Assembly: GCA_963847705.1 (NCBI GenBank)
Contig: CAWKBC010000014.1
Location: 192,001-256,000 of the forward strand
Direction: 5' to 3'
Source: an uncultured Pseudomonadota bacterium
Lineage (GTDB): Bacteria; Myxococcota_A; Polyangia; Fen-1088
Length of the DNA stretch: 64,000 nucleotides
Both the position numbers and the translations under genes were made by a program. Below, in pieces: positions 7,762 to 17,708 of the stretch (positions are counted from its first letter, which is position 1; each line of letters starts with the position of its first letter). The notes under the pieces are model-generated. The model saw only the letters and a program-made list of their open reading frames with translations, was not told where the DNA came from and made no database searches.

Positions 7762-9369
7762 GTGGATAATCGCCTGGCAGTGCGATTCGACGCTCTCCGA
7801 GACAGATATCTGACCATCGATCCGCGAGGATTGGGCGCGGGCCGTATCTCGCTCGCGACAGTCCTACTCCTCGATCTCGTTCGCCGGTTCCCGCTCGTCA
7901 CTCTCTGGTACTCGAATCAAGGACTGTTGCCCAACCACACCGTGTTGTGGCGGCCACCGTTTCCCTACGTTTTCTCGTTGTTCTTCACAGCGTCGCGCCC
8001 CACCGAGGCTCTACTCGGATTTGGGCTCTGCGGCGCTGCCTACGTCATGCTGCTCGTGGGCAACCGGACGCGACTGGCCCACATGGCGAGCTTGCTCGCA
8101 GTCCTCAGTCTTCACGGACGCGTCCTCTTCATCCAGAACAGCGGGGACGTGGTCCTGGTTGAAATCTGTCTTTGGACGCTGTTTCTACCTCTCGGCAGAC
8201 GATATTCGGTCGATTCGTTGCGCACTCGTCTTCGACTGAAACCCGGGCTCGACGTTTCGGACGTCTTCCTGGAGGGCACGGCTCCCCCAGATCGGACGCC
8301 GGTCGTTTCGTTGGCAGTGCTTGCCCTCGTCGCCCAGTTGGCCGTGATTTACCTCCTCAACGCTATTCAAAAGGATGGTCGCACCTGGCGAGATGGCAGC
8401 GCGGTCCACTACGTCCTCTACTACGCCAACGTAGTCACCCCGCTCGGGGTCCTCGCTCGCAGCTGGATCACGCCCCGCGCCTCCCAGCTTCTCACCTGGT
8501 CGAGCAGGTTTACAGAAGTGGTTCTTCCCTTCTTGCTCCTGGCGCCCGTTGCTCAGCGATCGGCGCGCCGGCTGGCTATTGCGCTCGTGGTGGCGTTACA
8601 CGGTGCTTTCGGCCTATTCCTCAACCTCGGAATCTTCGTGCCAGCCATGCTGGTTTTCACGCCCTTCCTGATGACGGCGCCCGATTGGGATCGGATCGAA
8701 CGTTGGTGGGCGACGAGAGGCTTCACCAGGGGCACCCGCGGAATGCTCGCGCAGGCGCTCACCGCCCTCGAACGGCGAGGTCTATTGCGGCTGACGACGC
8801 CCGCCCCCGAGACTCCGTCGCGTAGGGCGGCAACGCGGACCCGCTGGGGGCTCCTGGGCGAAGGAGCGGTGTTTGCCCTGATGACGTTCGCGACCGTCGG
8901 GGTCATAGTCGACAATTCCGCGGTCACGCACGTCCCCGCATCGCTGGAACCACGAGTGGTTTACGCCATTCGGGTCTACCTACAGATGTTCCAATCCTGG
9001 TCGCTGTTTGCACCCGACGTCCCCACGAGCGAGGGCACCGTAGCTGTCGATGCCGTGACCGCCGAGGGCCGCCATGTCGATCCGCTCAACGAAGAGCTCT
9101 CGCCGGGTGCCGCCTGGCCGGGCGATGCGATCCCTTCGCGGTTGGGGAACAACGGCTTCGCTTCAGCCTACCTCCTACGGCTCCCGAATCGCCCGGAGTA
9201 TTTTACGGCGCTCGGAGAATGGTTGCTGCGGTATCCCGATCGCACGAGGCGGGACGCGGACCGAATCGTATCCTTCCGGGTGCTCACACTGGAACAGGAC
9301 GATCCTGCGCCTGGCCGTTATTCGGCGGGCACTCTGCAAGCGAAAGTCTTGTTTCGATACCCCAACTGA
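7762..9369 (+). CDS. HTTM-domain (SdpB / vitamin K-dependent carboxylase-like) polytopic membrane protein with SdpA-like C-terminal motif
   Basis: Multiple TM helices, NSGDVVL, YLLNAIQKDGRTWRDGSAV, and C-terminal QSWSLFAPD. Confidence 0.75.
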   Translation: MDNRLAVRFDALRDRYLTIDPRGLGAGRISLATVLLLDLVRRFPLVTLWYSNQGLLPNHTVLWRPPFPYVFSLFFTASRPTEALLGFGLCGAAYVMLLVGNRTRLAHMASLLAVLSLHGRVLFIQNSGDVVLVEICLWTLFLPLGRRYSVDSLRTRLRLKPGLDVSDVFLEGTAPPDRTPVVSLAVLALVAQLAVIYLLNAIQKDGRTWRDGSAVHYVLYYANVVTPLGVLARSWITPRASQLLTWSSRFTEVVLPFLLLAPVAQRSARRLAIALVVALHGAFGLFLNLGIFVPAMLVFTPFLMTAPDWDRIERWWATRGFTRGTRGMLAQALTALERRGLLRLTTPAPETPSRRAATRTRWGLLGEGAVFALMTFATVGVIVDNSAVTHVPASLEPRVVYAIRVYLQMFQSWSLFAPDVPTSEGTVAVDAVTAEGRHVDPLNEELSPGAAWPGDAIPSRLGNNGFASAYLLRLPNRPEYFTALGEWLLRYPDRTRRDADRIVSFRVLTLEQDDPAPGRYSAGTLQAKVLFRYPN

Positions 9370-9535
9370 GAGAGCCCGCCGCGCCGCCACCATCGCAAGC
9401 GTGGCTGAGCGGCGACCGGACGATCAGCAGAGCGGACGGCGATCGGCGCCACGCACGGCGTTCCGCGCGTGGCGGCGGGAATGGCAAACAGGAGGGGCGC
9501 GTACCTTCGAGAGCAGGAGCCCCGGGCCGCTCCAG

Positions 9536-10066
9536 CTAGCGTCCTCCGTTAGCGAACCGAATGCCTTCCCAGATTTGGGCGAGCGCCTGCTGGATCAAAT
9601 TCAAAGCCTGAACCCGATAGCCTCCTTTGTCGGCCCTGGCCTCCCTGAGCTGCCGTCGCGCCTCGCGCAGCTCCACCACGGCTTGCGCCATGTTCGGCTG
9701 CCTCTCCGCGCCGGGCACGTTTTGATCAACCGGCTCGGGCAGCGCGGGACCTTGCGCCATACCGACCTCAGTCGGGTGTCCCGCTGCGTACCGCATGCCT
9801 TCGTCCACAGCGCCCATTGCCTGGCGAACCAGCTGGATCGCACGCTCTCGATGACCGCCTTTGTTCGGGCTCGCCCTCTGAAGCGAGGCGTCTGCCCGCT
9901 GTAGTGCCGCGAACGCGGCTTGCATCTTCGGCTGTCCGCGGTCGGCAGCCATCGGCACGCCCGGACTCGTCGGGGGCGGGGGCGGGGGCGCGACGGCGCA
10001 GGAACAGAGCACGCCGCAAGAAAGGAGTACGGTAGCGATGAATGGTCTCACTCTGAACACCTCCAT
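9536..10066 (-). CDS. Small lipoprotein with two copies of a helical-hairpin domain
   Basis: LCSC lipobox, poly-Pro linker, duplicated QPxM...KGG(H/Y)RxxAxxLxxQA...EG motif. Start is uncertain. Confidence 0.7.
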   Translation of the reverse strand: MEVFRVRPFIATVLLSCGVLCSCAVAPPPPPPTSPGVPMAADRGQPKMQAAFAALQRADASLQRASPNKGGHRERAIQLVRQAMGAVDEGMRYAAGHPTEVGMAQGPALPEPVDQNVPGAERQPNMAQAVVELREARRQLREARADKGGYRVQALNLIQQALAQIWEGIRFANGGR

Positions 10067-10263
10067 GACAGTTGGCGACGCCACTTTCGGCCGGGCTGTG
10101 GATGGTGTCAGTGCCAGGCGTCACGAGGCGAGGCTCGTGGGTCGCAGCACGCTGGCTTTGTCACGAAGGGTTTGCATTTCGCTCGCCGAGGCGAGTGACC
10201 AACGGATCGTTCGAAGATCGGGGTTTGGCGAACCACAGATGATCTTTGGCCGATGTCGGCCAG

Positions 10264-12420
10264 TCAGGGCGTAGCGTCCCCCATCGTGTAGCTCGTCGCG
10301 ATCGCGCCGTTCGTTCCTTGCCCGTGGAGAAAGGATCTCACGTAGTCCACGGTCACGTTCGCCGGAGAGACCGTGACGCGCAGGTGGCCCGAGTTGGCGA
10401 TCATCTGCGCCCCCGCATAGTCCGTGGGATTGGTGGAGAAACCCATGTCGTAGCTGGCGTTCGCGGCCATGGGCATCTCCTGATAGACGATGCCATCCAG
10501 TGACTCTTTCGCGAAGACGTGGTCGTGGGCGTGGAAGAACGCGGTTACGTTATTTTGCGCCATCAGTTGATGGACCGGCAGCGCCCAGCCCGGTCGGTTG
10601 GTGTCGAAGGTCCAGGTCGTTCCATCGGTGTCATAGCCGCCCCATTCGCAATACTTGGCGCCCAGGACCCCGCCTCGACCGTAGTCGTCGATGCCTCCGG
10701 CCACGTGGTGCGCGAAGACGAACTTGTACTTCGCGCTGCTTGTCTGAAGCGTTTGCTGCAACCAGAGATACTGCTGTTGTCCCAGCGTCCAATCCCACCG
10801 GGTCCCCACGACCGCGTTGCTGATGTCGCCGCCCTCGGTACCCGCGTAGGGTTTGTGTGTCGTGTACCAGTAGGGCTCGATCGCCACAAACAGAGCATCG
10901 CCCCACTCGAAGGCGTAGTAATCCCCTCGCAGCTGATCTCCAGTGATGTAAGCTGCGTTGGCGGACGTATCGGTGTTCCCGGTGTAGAAGCCGTCGGGCT
11001 CGGGATTGAGAAAGAATTGTTTGCGGGCGTTGGCGTTGAGAACGGGCAGGGAATCCGCGACGCTCGTGGCCACATCTGCGTACCAGCCCTCTTCTCGCTC
11101 GTGGTTGCCGAGCACCAGGAAGACCGGCGTCGAGTGCGCGGCGAGATCGAAGACCGCCAGCTGGTTCACGTACTTCGTGGCAACGGTCGCGGCGGTCTCG
11201 GTGACGTCGTCATTGCTGATGGTATCACCGAGGTCCAGCAAGAAATCGTTCTGCTCGGCGAGGATGTTCTGCATGGTCGTGCGGTAAAGCGTGTCGTCAT
11301 AAAACTCCGGATCTCCCTGGTGTGAATCGGCCTGCACGGCGAATGTGAACGTTTGTCCCCGCGCGCGCTGGGTGTGGAAAGTGTGCTCGCCGCCGGCGGT
11401 GAGGGCGCTCGACGATCCGGTGGGCCGCGACAGCAGCCGGTAGTAGTAGGCCGTGTCGGGTATGAGGCCGCTCACCAGCACCTCGGCGAAGCCATCCGCG
11501 AAGGACGTCACGGTGGTCGCTCCAGAGTAAACGCCCGAGGTCGTGCCGTACTCGACGGCCGCGTCGAGCGCCTGGGTCGCGATGGCTTTGACCGTCACGG
11601 ATTGATCGGTCGGGCGTCCGAGGAACTCTGTAGAGACCCAGGTCAGGCTCGACGGTTGGCTGGACCCCGCGGCTCCCCCGCTCCCACCGATCATGCCCCC
11701 CAGTCCGTTGTTCGACCCGTCGCCCCCCTCGGCACTGCCGTCCGCGCCGACGGCTCCATCCATTCGTCGAAGTCCTCCCATTCCACCGTCGCGAACTTCC
11801 CCGCCGATCCCGGCGATCCCCCCGCTGCCCTCGGCTTTGACTCCGCCCGGACCCCCGCTTCCGGCCATCATGCTGGCCATGCCACCGAGCGAGCCACCCA
11901 AACCGCCCGCTCCTTCGCCGGCGCTTCCCGGTGTTCTGCCGCCGGCGCTGCCCGCTGCGCCGCCGTTCCCGCCAGGGGAACCGGCACTCGCTGCGCCTCC
12001 ACCCGCGCCGGCGCCAACGGCCGAATCAAGGTGGATCGGAATCGCAGTACAGGACGGGGCCAGGGTCACCGTCGTCGAAGTCGGCGCCAAGGGAGGCCCT
12101 TCGCCGATGACGGGGGTCACGATGACGGTCACAAGGCTTCCCGGAACGTACCTGCTGAAGCTCAGCGCAAGCGAGTCCGTCGTCCGTCCCGGTGCGCGCG
12201 TCACCGAGAAGGCCTGGCCCATCATCCCGTCAAGCTGGGTCTGCACGGTCAGGGCGTTGGCATTTACCGCTGCCCCGGAAAACGTGAAGGACAAGAGGAC
12301 TGTGCCCGGGGCACATTTGTTCGTCGTCTGGCACCCCGCCTCGACCAGCAGGAGCGCGGTCAGGGCGATCAGACTCCCTCTGAATCCGCGCAGCCTGGGC
12401 GCGCGCATTTCAGAGCTCAC
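10264..12420 (-). CDS. Lipoprotein metallophosphoesterase (purple acid phosphatase-like) with FN3-type domain
   Basis: EAGC lipobox, Gly linker, metal motifs DSH, DLGD, GNHE, AHH and HAHDH. Confidence 0.85.
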   Translation of the reverse strand: MSSEMRAPRLRGFRGSLIALTALLLVEAGCQTTNKCAPGTVLLSFTFSGAAVNANALTVQTQLDGMMGQAFSVTRAPGRTTDSLALSFSRYVPGSLVTVIVTPVIGEGPPLAPTSTTVTLAPSCTAIPIHLDSAVGAGAGGGAASAGSPGGNGGAAGSAGGRTPGSAGEGAGGLGGSLGGMASMMAGSGGPGGVKAEGSGGIAGIGGEVRDGGMGGLRRMDGAVGADGSAEGGDGSNNGLGGMIGGSGGAAGSSQPSSLTWVSTEFLGRPTDQSVTVKAIATQALDAAVEYGTTSGVYSGATTVTSFADGFAEVLVSGLIPDTAYYYRLLSRPTGSSSALTAGGEHTFHTQRARGQTFTFAVQADSHQGDPEFYDDTLYRTTMQNILAEQNDFLLDLGDTISNDDVTETAATVATKYVNQLAVFDLAAHSTPVFLVLGNHEREEGWYADVATSVADSLPVLNANARKQFFLNPEPDGFYTGNTDTSANAAYITGDQLRGDYYAFEWGDALFVAIEPYWYTTHKPYAGTEGGDISNAVVGTRWDWTLGQQQYLWLQQTLQTSSAKYKFVFAHHVAGGIDDYGRGGVLGAKYCEWGGYDTDGTTWTFDTNRPGWALPVHQLMAQNNVTAFFHAHDHVFAKESLDGIVYQEMPMAANASYDMGFSTNPTDYAGAQMIANSGHLRVTVSPANVTVDYVRSFLHGQGTNGAIATSYTMGDATP

Positions 12421-12898
12421 TGTGGGTTCCGAGCGTTGGCGTCGGATTCTTGGTGGAGGACTCTGCGGCGACGATCAAGACCGTCAGACCGATGGCGACG
12501 AAGACGCCAAATCCCATCAACGACCACCTCTGTCGAGAAGCGCGATCACGGGCGGGCTCCGAGGGCAACTGCCCCGGTGAGGCCGGTGAGGTGAGCGTCG
12601 CCCCTCGAGCCGCCGTTCCGGGTGGTTGCGAGGCGAGCGTTGGCGGCGAAAGGGGCGCCGGTGGCTGCGTCGGCGGCGGCGCGTGGATCGACGTCGCGGA
12701 CGGGCTCAAGGGAGATTCCGGAATAGTGATAACGACGGCCTGTGAATCCCCGTCCCTGGGTGCGTCGGCGACCGAACCATCCATGGACACGGCCGGCATC
12801 TGCGGCGAATCAGCGGCCTGCGCGCCCATCGTCGGTGAGGCGATCGCCGACGCAAAGACGAGCAGAGGCACGACCGACGGTGTTCGAGAGACTTTCAT
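12410..12898 (-). CDS. Hypothetical secreted Pro-rich protein with C-terminal TM helix
   Basis: Signal peptide (AQA), Pro-rich linker, hydrophobic C-terminal helix. Overlaps the start of the phosphoesterase. Confidence 0.6.
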   Translation of the reverse strand: MKVSRTPSVVPLLVFASAIASPTMGAQAADSPQMPAVSMDGSVADAPRDGDSQAVVITIPESPLSPSATSIHAPPPTQPPAPLSPPTLASQPPGTAARGATLTSPASPGQLPSEPARDRASRQRWSLMGFGVFVAIGLTVLIVAAESSTKNPTPTLGTHSEL

Positions 12899-13310
12899 GC
12901 ATCGCCTTGGTGTGTGTTCGCCAATCGCGCTCCCCCTCCGAGCCGCGGCCCCGCGGAGAACGCCACCAGCCCCGATCGGTTTGTCACGTCAGATTCCGAC
13001 GTGAGTGCCGCAGCTCCGACGATCTCGTCAATCGTCCTGGCGCGCGTCCGTGGCGGCTCGAGGCCTGCGCTTCTTGACCTGACGGCGGGGCGCAAAGACA
13101 TCGCACTTCGCGCGACGGTTGCCGTTGAGCCACGGGTGTCCGTGGGCCCGATCACCGTTCGCGGTCAAAAGGATTCTCGAGACCCCGGTCGTTCTATCGC
13201 GTGCGGTACTTGAGCTCGCAGAGGGTCGCGATCCGATTGCGGCCCAAGCACTCGCGTGACCACAGACTGACCTCGATCTCGCAGAGATGATTCGCGGGGG
13301 CCCAGGCCCG

Positions 13311-14909
13311 TTACGGCTTGCTGCTGCAGGCGGCGTGCAACCGAACCGCCGAGCCGTGCTTCGGATAGCGCCGCTCGAGCTCCGCCAGCAGGGCCTGCGC
13401 CGCCGGGCACCCGCCGCGCACCACCGCCAGAGCCGTCTCGGCTCCGAGCGCGTCGGCATCGTGCGCCGAGGCCGGGAACCGGCGCCGGAAATCGGCCAGA
13501 CACAGCTCCGCCTCCGTGGCGGTCTGCTTGGCCAGCACCCGGCAGCGCAAGTAATCCTTGGGCTCCTCCAGGGACGGCGTGTCGACCGCGGCCAGATCGC
13601 GCAGCGCCGCGTCCCCGGAGCCGGCGGTCTCTTCCATGAGCGCCAGCTCGTATCGCGCGGCCGCCGTTGCGGACTCGCGCGGGAACCGCTCCACCAGGCT
13701 CCGCAACGTACGCAGCGCGAGCCCCGTGTCGCCCGCCGCCCGTGCTGCATCTGCCTCACGGAACAGGGTTTGCGCGGTCATTTCCTCGGGCGGGGCGAAC
13801 GCAGGAGGCTCGGTCGACTCGGCGCTTGCTCGTGCGAGCAGCGAACGCGGACCGGCTGGAGTGGCAGCGCGCACCGGCGGCTCAGACGCCGGGCGGGTCG
13901 GTTCCTGCGCCGGCTCCGTCGAGGGGGGCGGGAATGGATCCGCCGGCGGCGCCGCTCCGCTTGCCGGCGCCGACAGCCGGACGGCGACGTGCGACTCGAC
14001 GAGTATCCAGGCCGGCGCCGACGCGATTCGCCGCCTCCCGACCCAGACGCCGGCCCCCGCCGGCGCCTCGATGACGGACAGGGGAACGGTGGCCCCACGC
14101 GGCGGCGGTGTCCGCTCGTGCTCAAACAGCGCCTCGGCGAGCGCGGGCGCGATCTCGTCCGGCTCTGGCAGCGTCGTCAGCCAGCTCTGGCCGGCCGCGA
14201 TCTCCCGAGACGCGCGTGGCGGGGCGCCCGAGGGGCCGGGGGAGGTGCCCACCCGCACCCGGCCGTGCGCGACCGCCACCCGACTCGCGCCGCCAACCAC
14301 CTCGACGGAGAACAGCGTTCCGACGACGTCGGTGACGGCCCCCGGCGAAACGATCTGCAGGCGCCGGCCGGTGCCGCCTTCGAGTGACGCCAGCAGCCGC
14401 CCTCGATCCAGGTGGACCACCGTTTGCCCGCTGCCGGTCGCGCGCTCGGACCAGGCGCGCGCCGGCCCCTTCAGGGTGATCGCGATGGCGTCGCCCAGCG
14501 ACGCGCGCACCAGCCACCCCGCCGGGACCTCCAGGCGCGAGGCCGGTTGCTCCAGAAGCTCCGGCATGGTGGCGGCTCCCGCGCCCTCCGTCGGCGCGAC
14601 GACGTAGGGTTCGAACTGGGGCGCCGGCTCGGGGCCGCCCGCGACAGGCGATCGGCCGGCCGTCACGACGGTGCGCGCGGCCAGCACGGCGCCAGCGGCG
14701 GCACCCACCGCCAGCAGCGCGGCCGCTCGCCGGAGCGCGCGCCGGTGGCCCCGCCCCGGCTGGCGTTCCAGCTCGGCGCTGAGGCGGGTCTCGGCCCGCG
14801 ACCGCGTGATCTCGTCGAAGGGCGATTCGATGCGCGCGAGCGCGTCGCAGAGCCTGTCCAGCTCCTCGCGCTCGACGGCGCCGGCCTCGGGGTCTCGGCC
14901 CCGGCTCAC
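13311..14909 (-). CDS. FecR-domain anti-sigma factor with PEGA-like and TPR-like domains
   Basis: SPGAVTDVVGTLFSVE...SRVAVAHGRVR and a TPR-like tail with YLRCR. GTGA overlap at 14906-14909. Paralog of 1407-2567. Confidence 0.8.
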   Translation of the reverse strand: MSRGRDPEAGAVEREELDRLCDALARIESPFDEITRSRAETRLSAELERQPGRGHRRALRRAAALLAVGAAAGAVLAARTVVTAGRSPVAGGPEPAPQFEPYVVAPTEGAGAATMPELLEQPASRLEVPAGWLVRASLGDAIAITLKGPARAWSERATGSGQTVVHLDRGRLLASLEGGTGRRLQIVSPGAVTDVVGTLFSVEVVGGASRVAVAHGRVRVGTSPGPSGAPPRASREIAAGQSWLTTLPEPDEIAPALAEALFEHERTPPPRGATVPLSVIEAPAGAGVWVGRRRIASAPAWILVESHVAVRLSAPASGAAPPADPFPPPSTEPAQEPTRPASEPPVRAATPAGPRSLLARASAESTEPPAFAPPEEMTAQTLFREADAARAAGDTGLALRTLRSLVERFPRESATAAARYELALMEETAGSGDAALRDLAAVDTPSLEEPKDYLRCRVLAKQTATEAELCLADFRRRFPASAHDADALGAETALAVVRGGCPAAQALLAELERRYPKHGSAVRLHAACSSKP

Positions 14910-15538
14910 GACGTCCCCTCCACCGGCCGCACCTCGCCCGCCTCCGCGGCCAGGCGGGCCATCAGATCGCGACGCGCGTGCAGCGCCCGTTGCTTGACCG
15001 CGCCTTCCCGGTCGCCGATCAGCTCCGCGGCCTCGGCCAGGGAGCACCCCTCGACGGCGACCAGGACGAAGGCGATCCGCTTCTTAGGCGACAGCTGGTC
15101 CAGCAGCGCGAGCAGCCGGGCCAGATCCGCACGCGCGGCGACCTGATCTTCCAGCGCGGGGCCGAGCTGCTCGACCAGCGCCGCCGCGTCGAGCGGGCCC
15201 TCGTTTTCGGCGGCGCGATGGCGCCCGCGCAAGTGATCGTAAGAAATGTTCACCGCGATACGATGAAGATAGGTCGAGAGCTTCGCCTCGTTGCGATAGC
15301 CGGGCAACCCGCGATGGAGGGCCATGAACACCTTCTGGACCAGGTCGTCGCGCTCGGCGACTGGGCCCACCAGGCGCGTGATGCGCGTCCTCACGGCGTC
15401 CGCGTGGCGGCGGAAGAGGCGGGCGAACGCGGCGCCGTCACCGAGGCGCGCCGCGGCTATCAGCGCCGCGTCGTCGGCTTCCGAGCCGCGATGCGGGTTG
15501 ACGGCCCTCGCCGGTGCCAGGCGGCCACGGATCCTCAC
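14906..15538 (-). CDS. ECF RNA polymerase sigma factor
   Basis: AFARLFRRH, DDLVQKVF, STYLHRI, LSPKKRIAFVLVAVE. Paralog of 802-1410. Confidence 0.92.
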   Translation of the reverse strand: MRIRGRLAPARAVNPHRGSEADDAALIAAARLGDGAAFARLFRRHADAVRTRITRLVGPVAERDDLVQKVFMALHRGLPGYRNEAKLSTYLHRIAVNISYDHLRGRHRAAENEGPLDAAALVEQLGPALEDQVAARADLARLLALLDQLSPKKRIAFVLVAVEGCSLAEAAELIGDREGAVKQRALHARRDLMARLAAEAGEVRPVEGTS

Positions 15539-16491
15539 GGCCCCAACACCGCCTCGGCAACGACGGCGACGTACGGCGCCAGCTGCGGACTCGAATAGGC
15601 CGTGTTGAAGGTAAGCGTCGACAGCTCCGTGCGCCGGGCGAAGTAATCGAAGCCCCCCATCAGCAAGCCCCGGAAGCGGCCGGCGATCGGAAACTTGGCG
15701 GCCAGGAAGGGGCCCACCAGGGGCGTCACTTCCGTGTAGATCTCCTTGGTCGTGACGCGATACACGGCAACGCCGGCGCGGACACCGGCCATCACGACTC
15801 TATTCTGGATCGCCAGCACCAGCCGGAGGGGCGTGGCATCGTAGTTGACCGTCGCAGACTCGTTCGTCCCAGAATCCGGGTGGCGCACGATCCCGTGATC
15901 CCAGCCGACCTCCAGGCCGATCCGCAGCCAATTGCGAGTCCAGGCAGCGCCAACGGTGCCGGAGACCATCCAGGGATCGGGGCCTTGTGCGCCGCGGGCC
16001 CCGGCGAGCGCGAGGTGCACGCTCCAGGGCCCGTCGAGCTCCGCTCTCTGCGCGGACGGACGCCCGGGGACGCGCACCTCCTCCACCACCCCCGCCGCCG
16101 GGACCGGATCCGGCATCGAACTCGCCGTCGCCGTCGCCGATACCTCGGGCACCTCCGGCCCCGGCTGCAGCAGATCGAGCACGTTGAGGGCGACCGTCCG
16201 CACGGCAGGGTAGTCCCAGGCGACAATCGCGATCCGGCGCGACAGGGAACCGACCCGCACGACCGCTCCAACCGCCTCCAGCGTGACGTCGATCGGGACG
16301 GCTGGCTGGGCGCGCCCCGCCAGCACGTCCTCGATCGCGGCGCGAACGTCGGCGGCCAGCTGCGGCGGCAAGTCCACGCCCGGGGCTTGATGGACGTCGA
16401 TCGGCTCGCCCGCCTTGGCAACCGAGATCGCCGCCGTCAGGCCAGCGAGGACGCCTCCGAGAACGATGTTGCGAATCGACGCTTTCACCAT
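15535..16491 (-). CDS. Putative outer-membrane protein (signal peptide, alpha/beta domain, beta-barrel-like C-terminus)
   Basis: Signal peptide (AKA). VRVGSLSRRI...VRTVALNVLDLL matches VRVGARSRIV...ARVVALVIAEIL in 2-805. Overlaps the sigma start. Confidence 0.65.
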   Translation of the reverse strand: MVKASIRNIVLGGVLAGLTAAISVAKAGEPIDVHQAPGVDLPPQLAADVRAAIEDVLAGRAQPAVPIDVTLEAVGAVVRVGSLSRRIAIVAWDYPAVRTVALNVLDLLQPGPEVPEVSATATASSMPDPVPAAGVVEEVRVPGRPSAQRAELDGPWSVHLALAGARGAQGPDPWMVSGTVGAAWTRNWLRIGLEVGWDHGIVRHPDSGTNESATVNYDATPLRLVLAIQNRVVMAGVRAGVAVYRVTTKEIYTEVTPLVGPFLAAKFPIAGRFRGLLMGGFDYFARRTELSTLTFNTAYSSPQLAPYVAVVAEAVLGP

Positions 16492-16611
16492 GGTGGGTCG
16501 CTCAATGGATTGGACGATCGCACGGGCTCGGAGGGAAAACCGACCTCGATTTTTTCCCCAATCGGGGCCACCGTCGTCTCACAAGGGGAGCATTTCGCCA
16601 CCGGAGCCACC

Positions 16612-17487
16612 ATGACCCTTCGCCCCTTGCTGTTGCTGCCGTTGCTGGCCATCGCCGCCTGCGAGACCCAGAAGAAGCCGCTCACCGGGTACGACAGTCC
16701 GCCGCCCGGGATCCTCCTCGGCGACACGGGGGCGGCGCTGCTGTTGTGGCCGATCTTCGACCTGCCCCCAGGGGATCAGAACTTCGAGCCCCTGCTCAAC
16801 GGTGAGGGGACAGTGATCCCCACCTCCACGGCTGAGGGCTTCAACAACTACGACTACGACATGTTCCCCCTGAAGGGCTGGACGGGGGGCTTCATGACGG
16901 GGCTCGGCTGGTTCCCGGCCGGCACCTACGTCGTCGACCTCGTCGACGAGAACACCGGCCAGAGCTGGGGCCAGTCGGCGCCGCTGCCCGTCCCCCTGTC
17001 CGACCCCTCGGGCCAGCTTCCGACCGTGATGTTCACCCATTTCGACGACCAGGTCGGCTCGTGGTACATGGATCCCACGACGCAGGACTCGGACCCGGCG
17101 ACGGACGAGATCACGGTGACCAACCTGCTCCAGGAAGACGTGGTCGTGCAACGCTGTCAGATGACGGCCGCCGGCCCGACCTCCTGCACTTCGGTCGGCA
17201 CCGTCTCGCCGGGAGCCGACCTCTCCACCGTCGAAACGTTGGCGACCTCGTCCAGCGCCGACTACCAAGCCCTCTTCGTCCAGCTGGCGAGCGATGCCAG
17301 CCAGTCCTACGAGCGCGACCTGGTCCAGGGAACCAGCACCTCGTTCCCACCGGCCTGCGAGATAGAGCGGATCCTGGTCCACGGCGAGCGTCCGCTCCCG
17401 CCGGGCTACAGCGCGACCGGCTACAGCGGGTTCGCCATGTCCTCCTGTTATGGATATGGGAAGGGACCCTTAACCAGCAGCCCGTGA
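16612..17487 (+). CDS. Acidic lipoprotein of unknown function
   Basis: GGAG RBS, MTLRPLLLLPLLAIAAC lipobox. Divergent from ECF module 2. Confidence 0.75.
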   Translation: MTLRPLLLLPLLAIAACETQKKPLTGYDSPPPGILLGDTGAALLLWPIFDLPPGDQNFEPLLNGEGTVIPTSTAEGFNNYDYDMFPLKGWTGGFMTGLGWFPAGTYVVDLVDENTGQSWGQSAPLPVPLSDPSGQLPTVMFTHFDDQVGSWYMDPTTQDSDPATDEITVTNLLQEDVVVQRCQMTAAGPTSCTSVGTVSPGADLSTVETLATSSSADYQALFVQLASDASQSYERDLVQGTSTSFPPACEIERILVHGERPLPPGYSATGYSGFAMSSCYGYGKGPLTSSP

Positions 17488-17708
17488 TCTCTCCGCATCG
17501 GCGGCAACAGCCTCCCCCATGGGTTTCGATCCGCGCGGCGGGTGGGTGGGTGGGTGGGACAAGTCGGGCCGGCGCGCAGGCTGACCTCCTCAACCGCGTT
17601 GCGAACGGTAAGCCCGACGACGATTGACGGCGCGCCATGGCCGAGAATTGCCTGATTCCGAATCTTTGCTCAATTGGCGGCGTTCCCTGGTCGATGCAGG
17701 AGGGTCGC

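Noticed and set aside
12895-13310. Short ORFs between the Pro-rich gene and FecR copy 2
   Set aside because: No motifs or RBS. The region is more likely regulatory.
16529-16540. CGGAGGGAAAAC shared with 57810-57821
   Set aside because: A single 12-mer match is plausible by chance, and the orientation relative to downstream genes differs.
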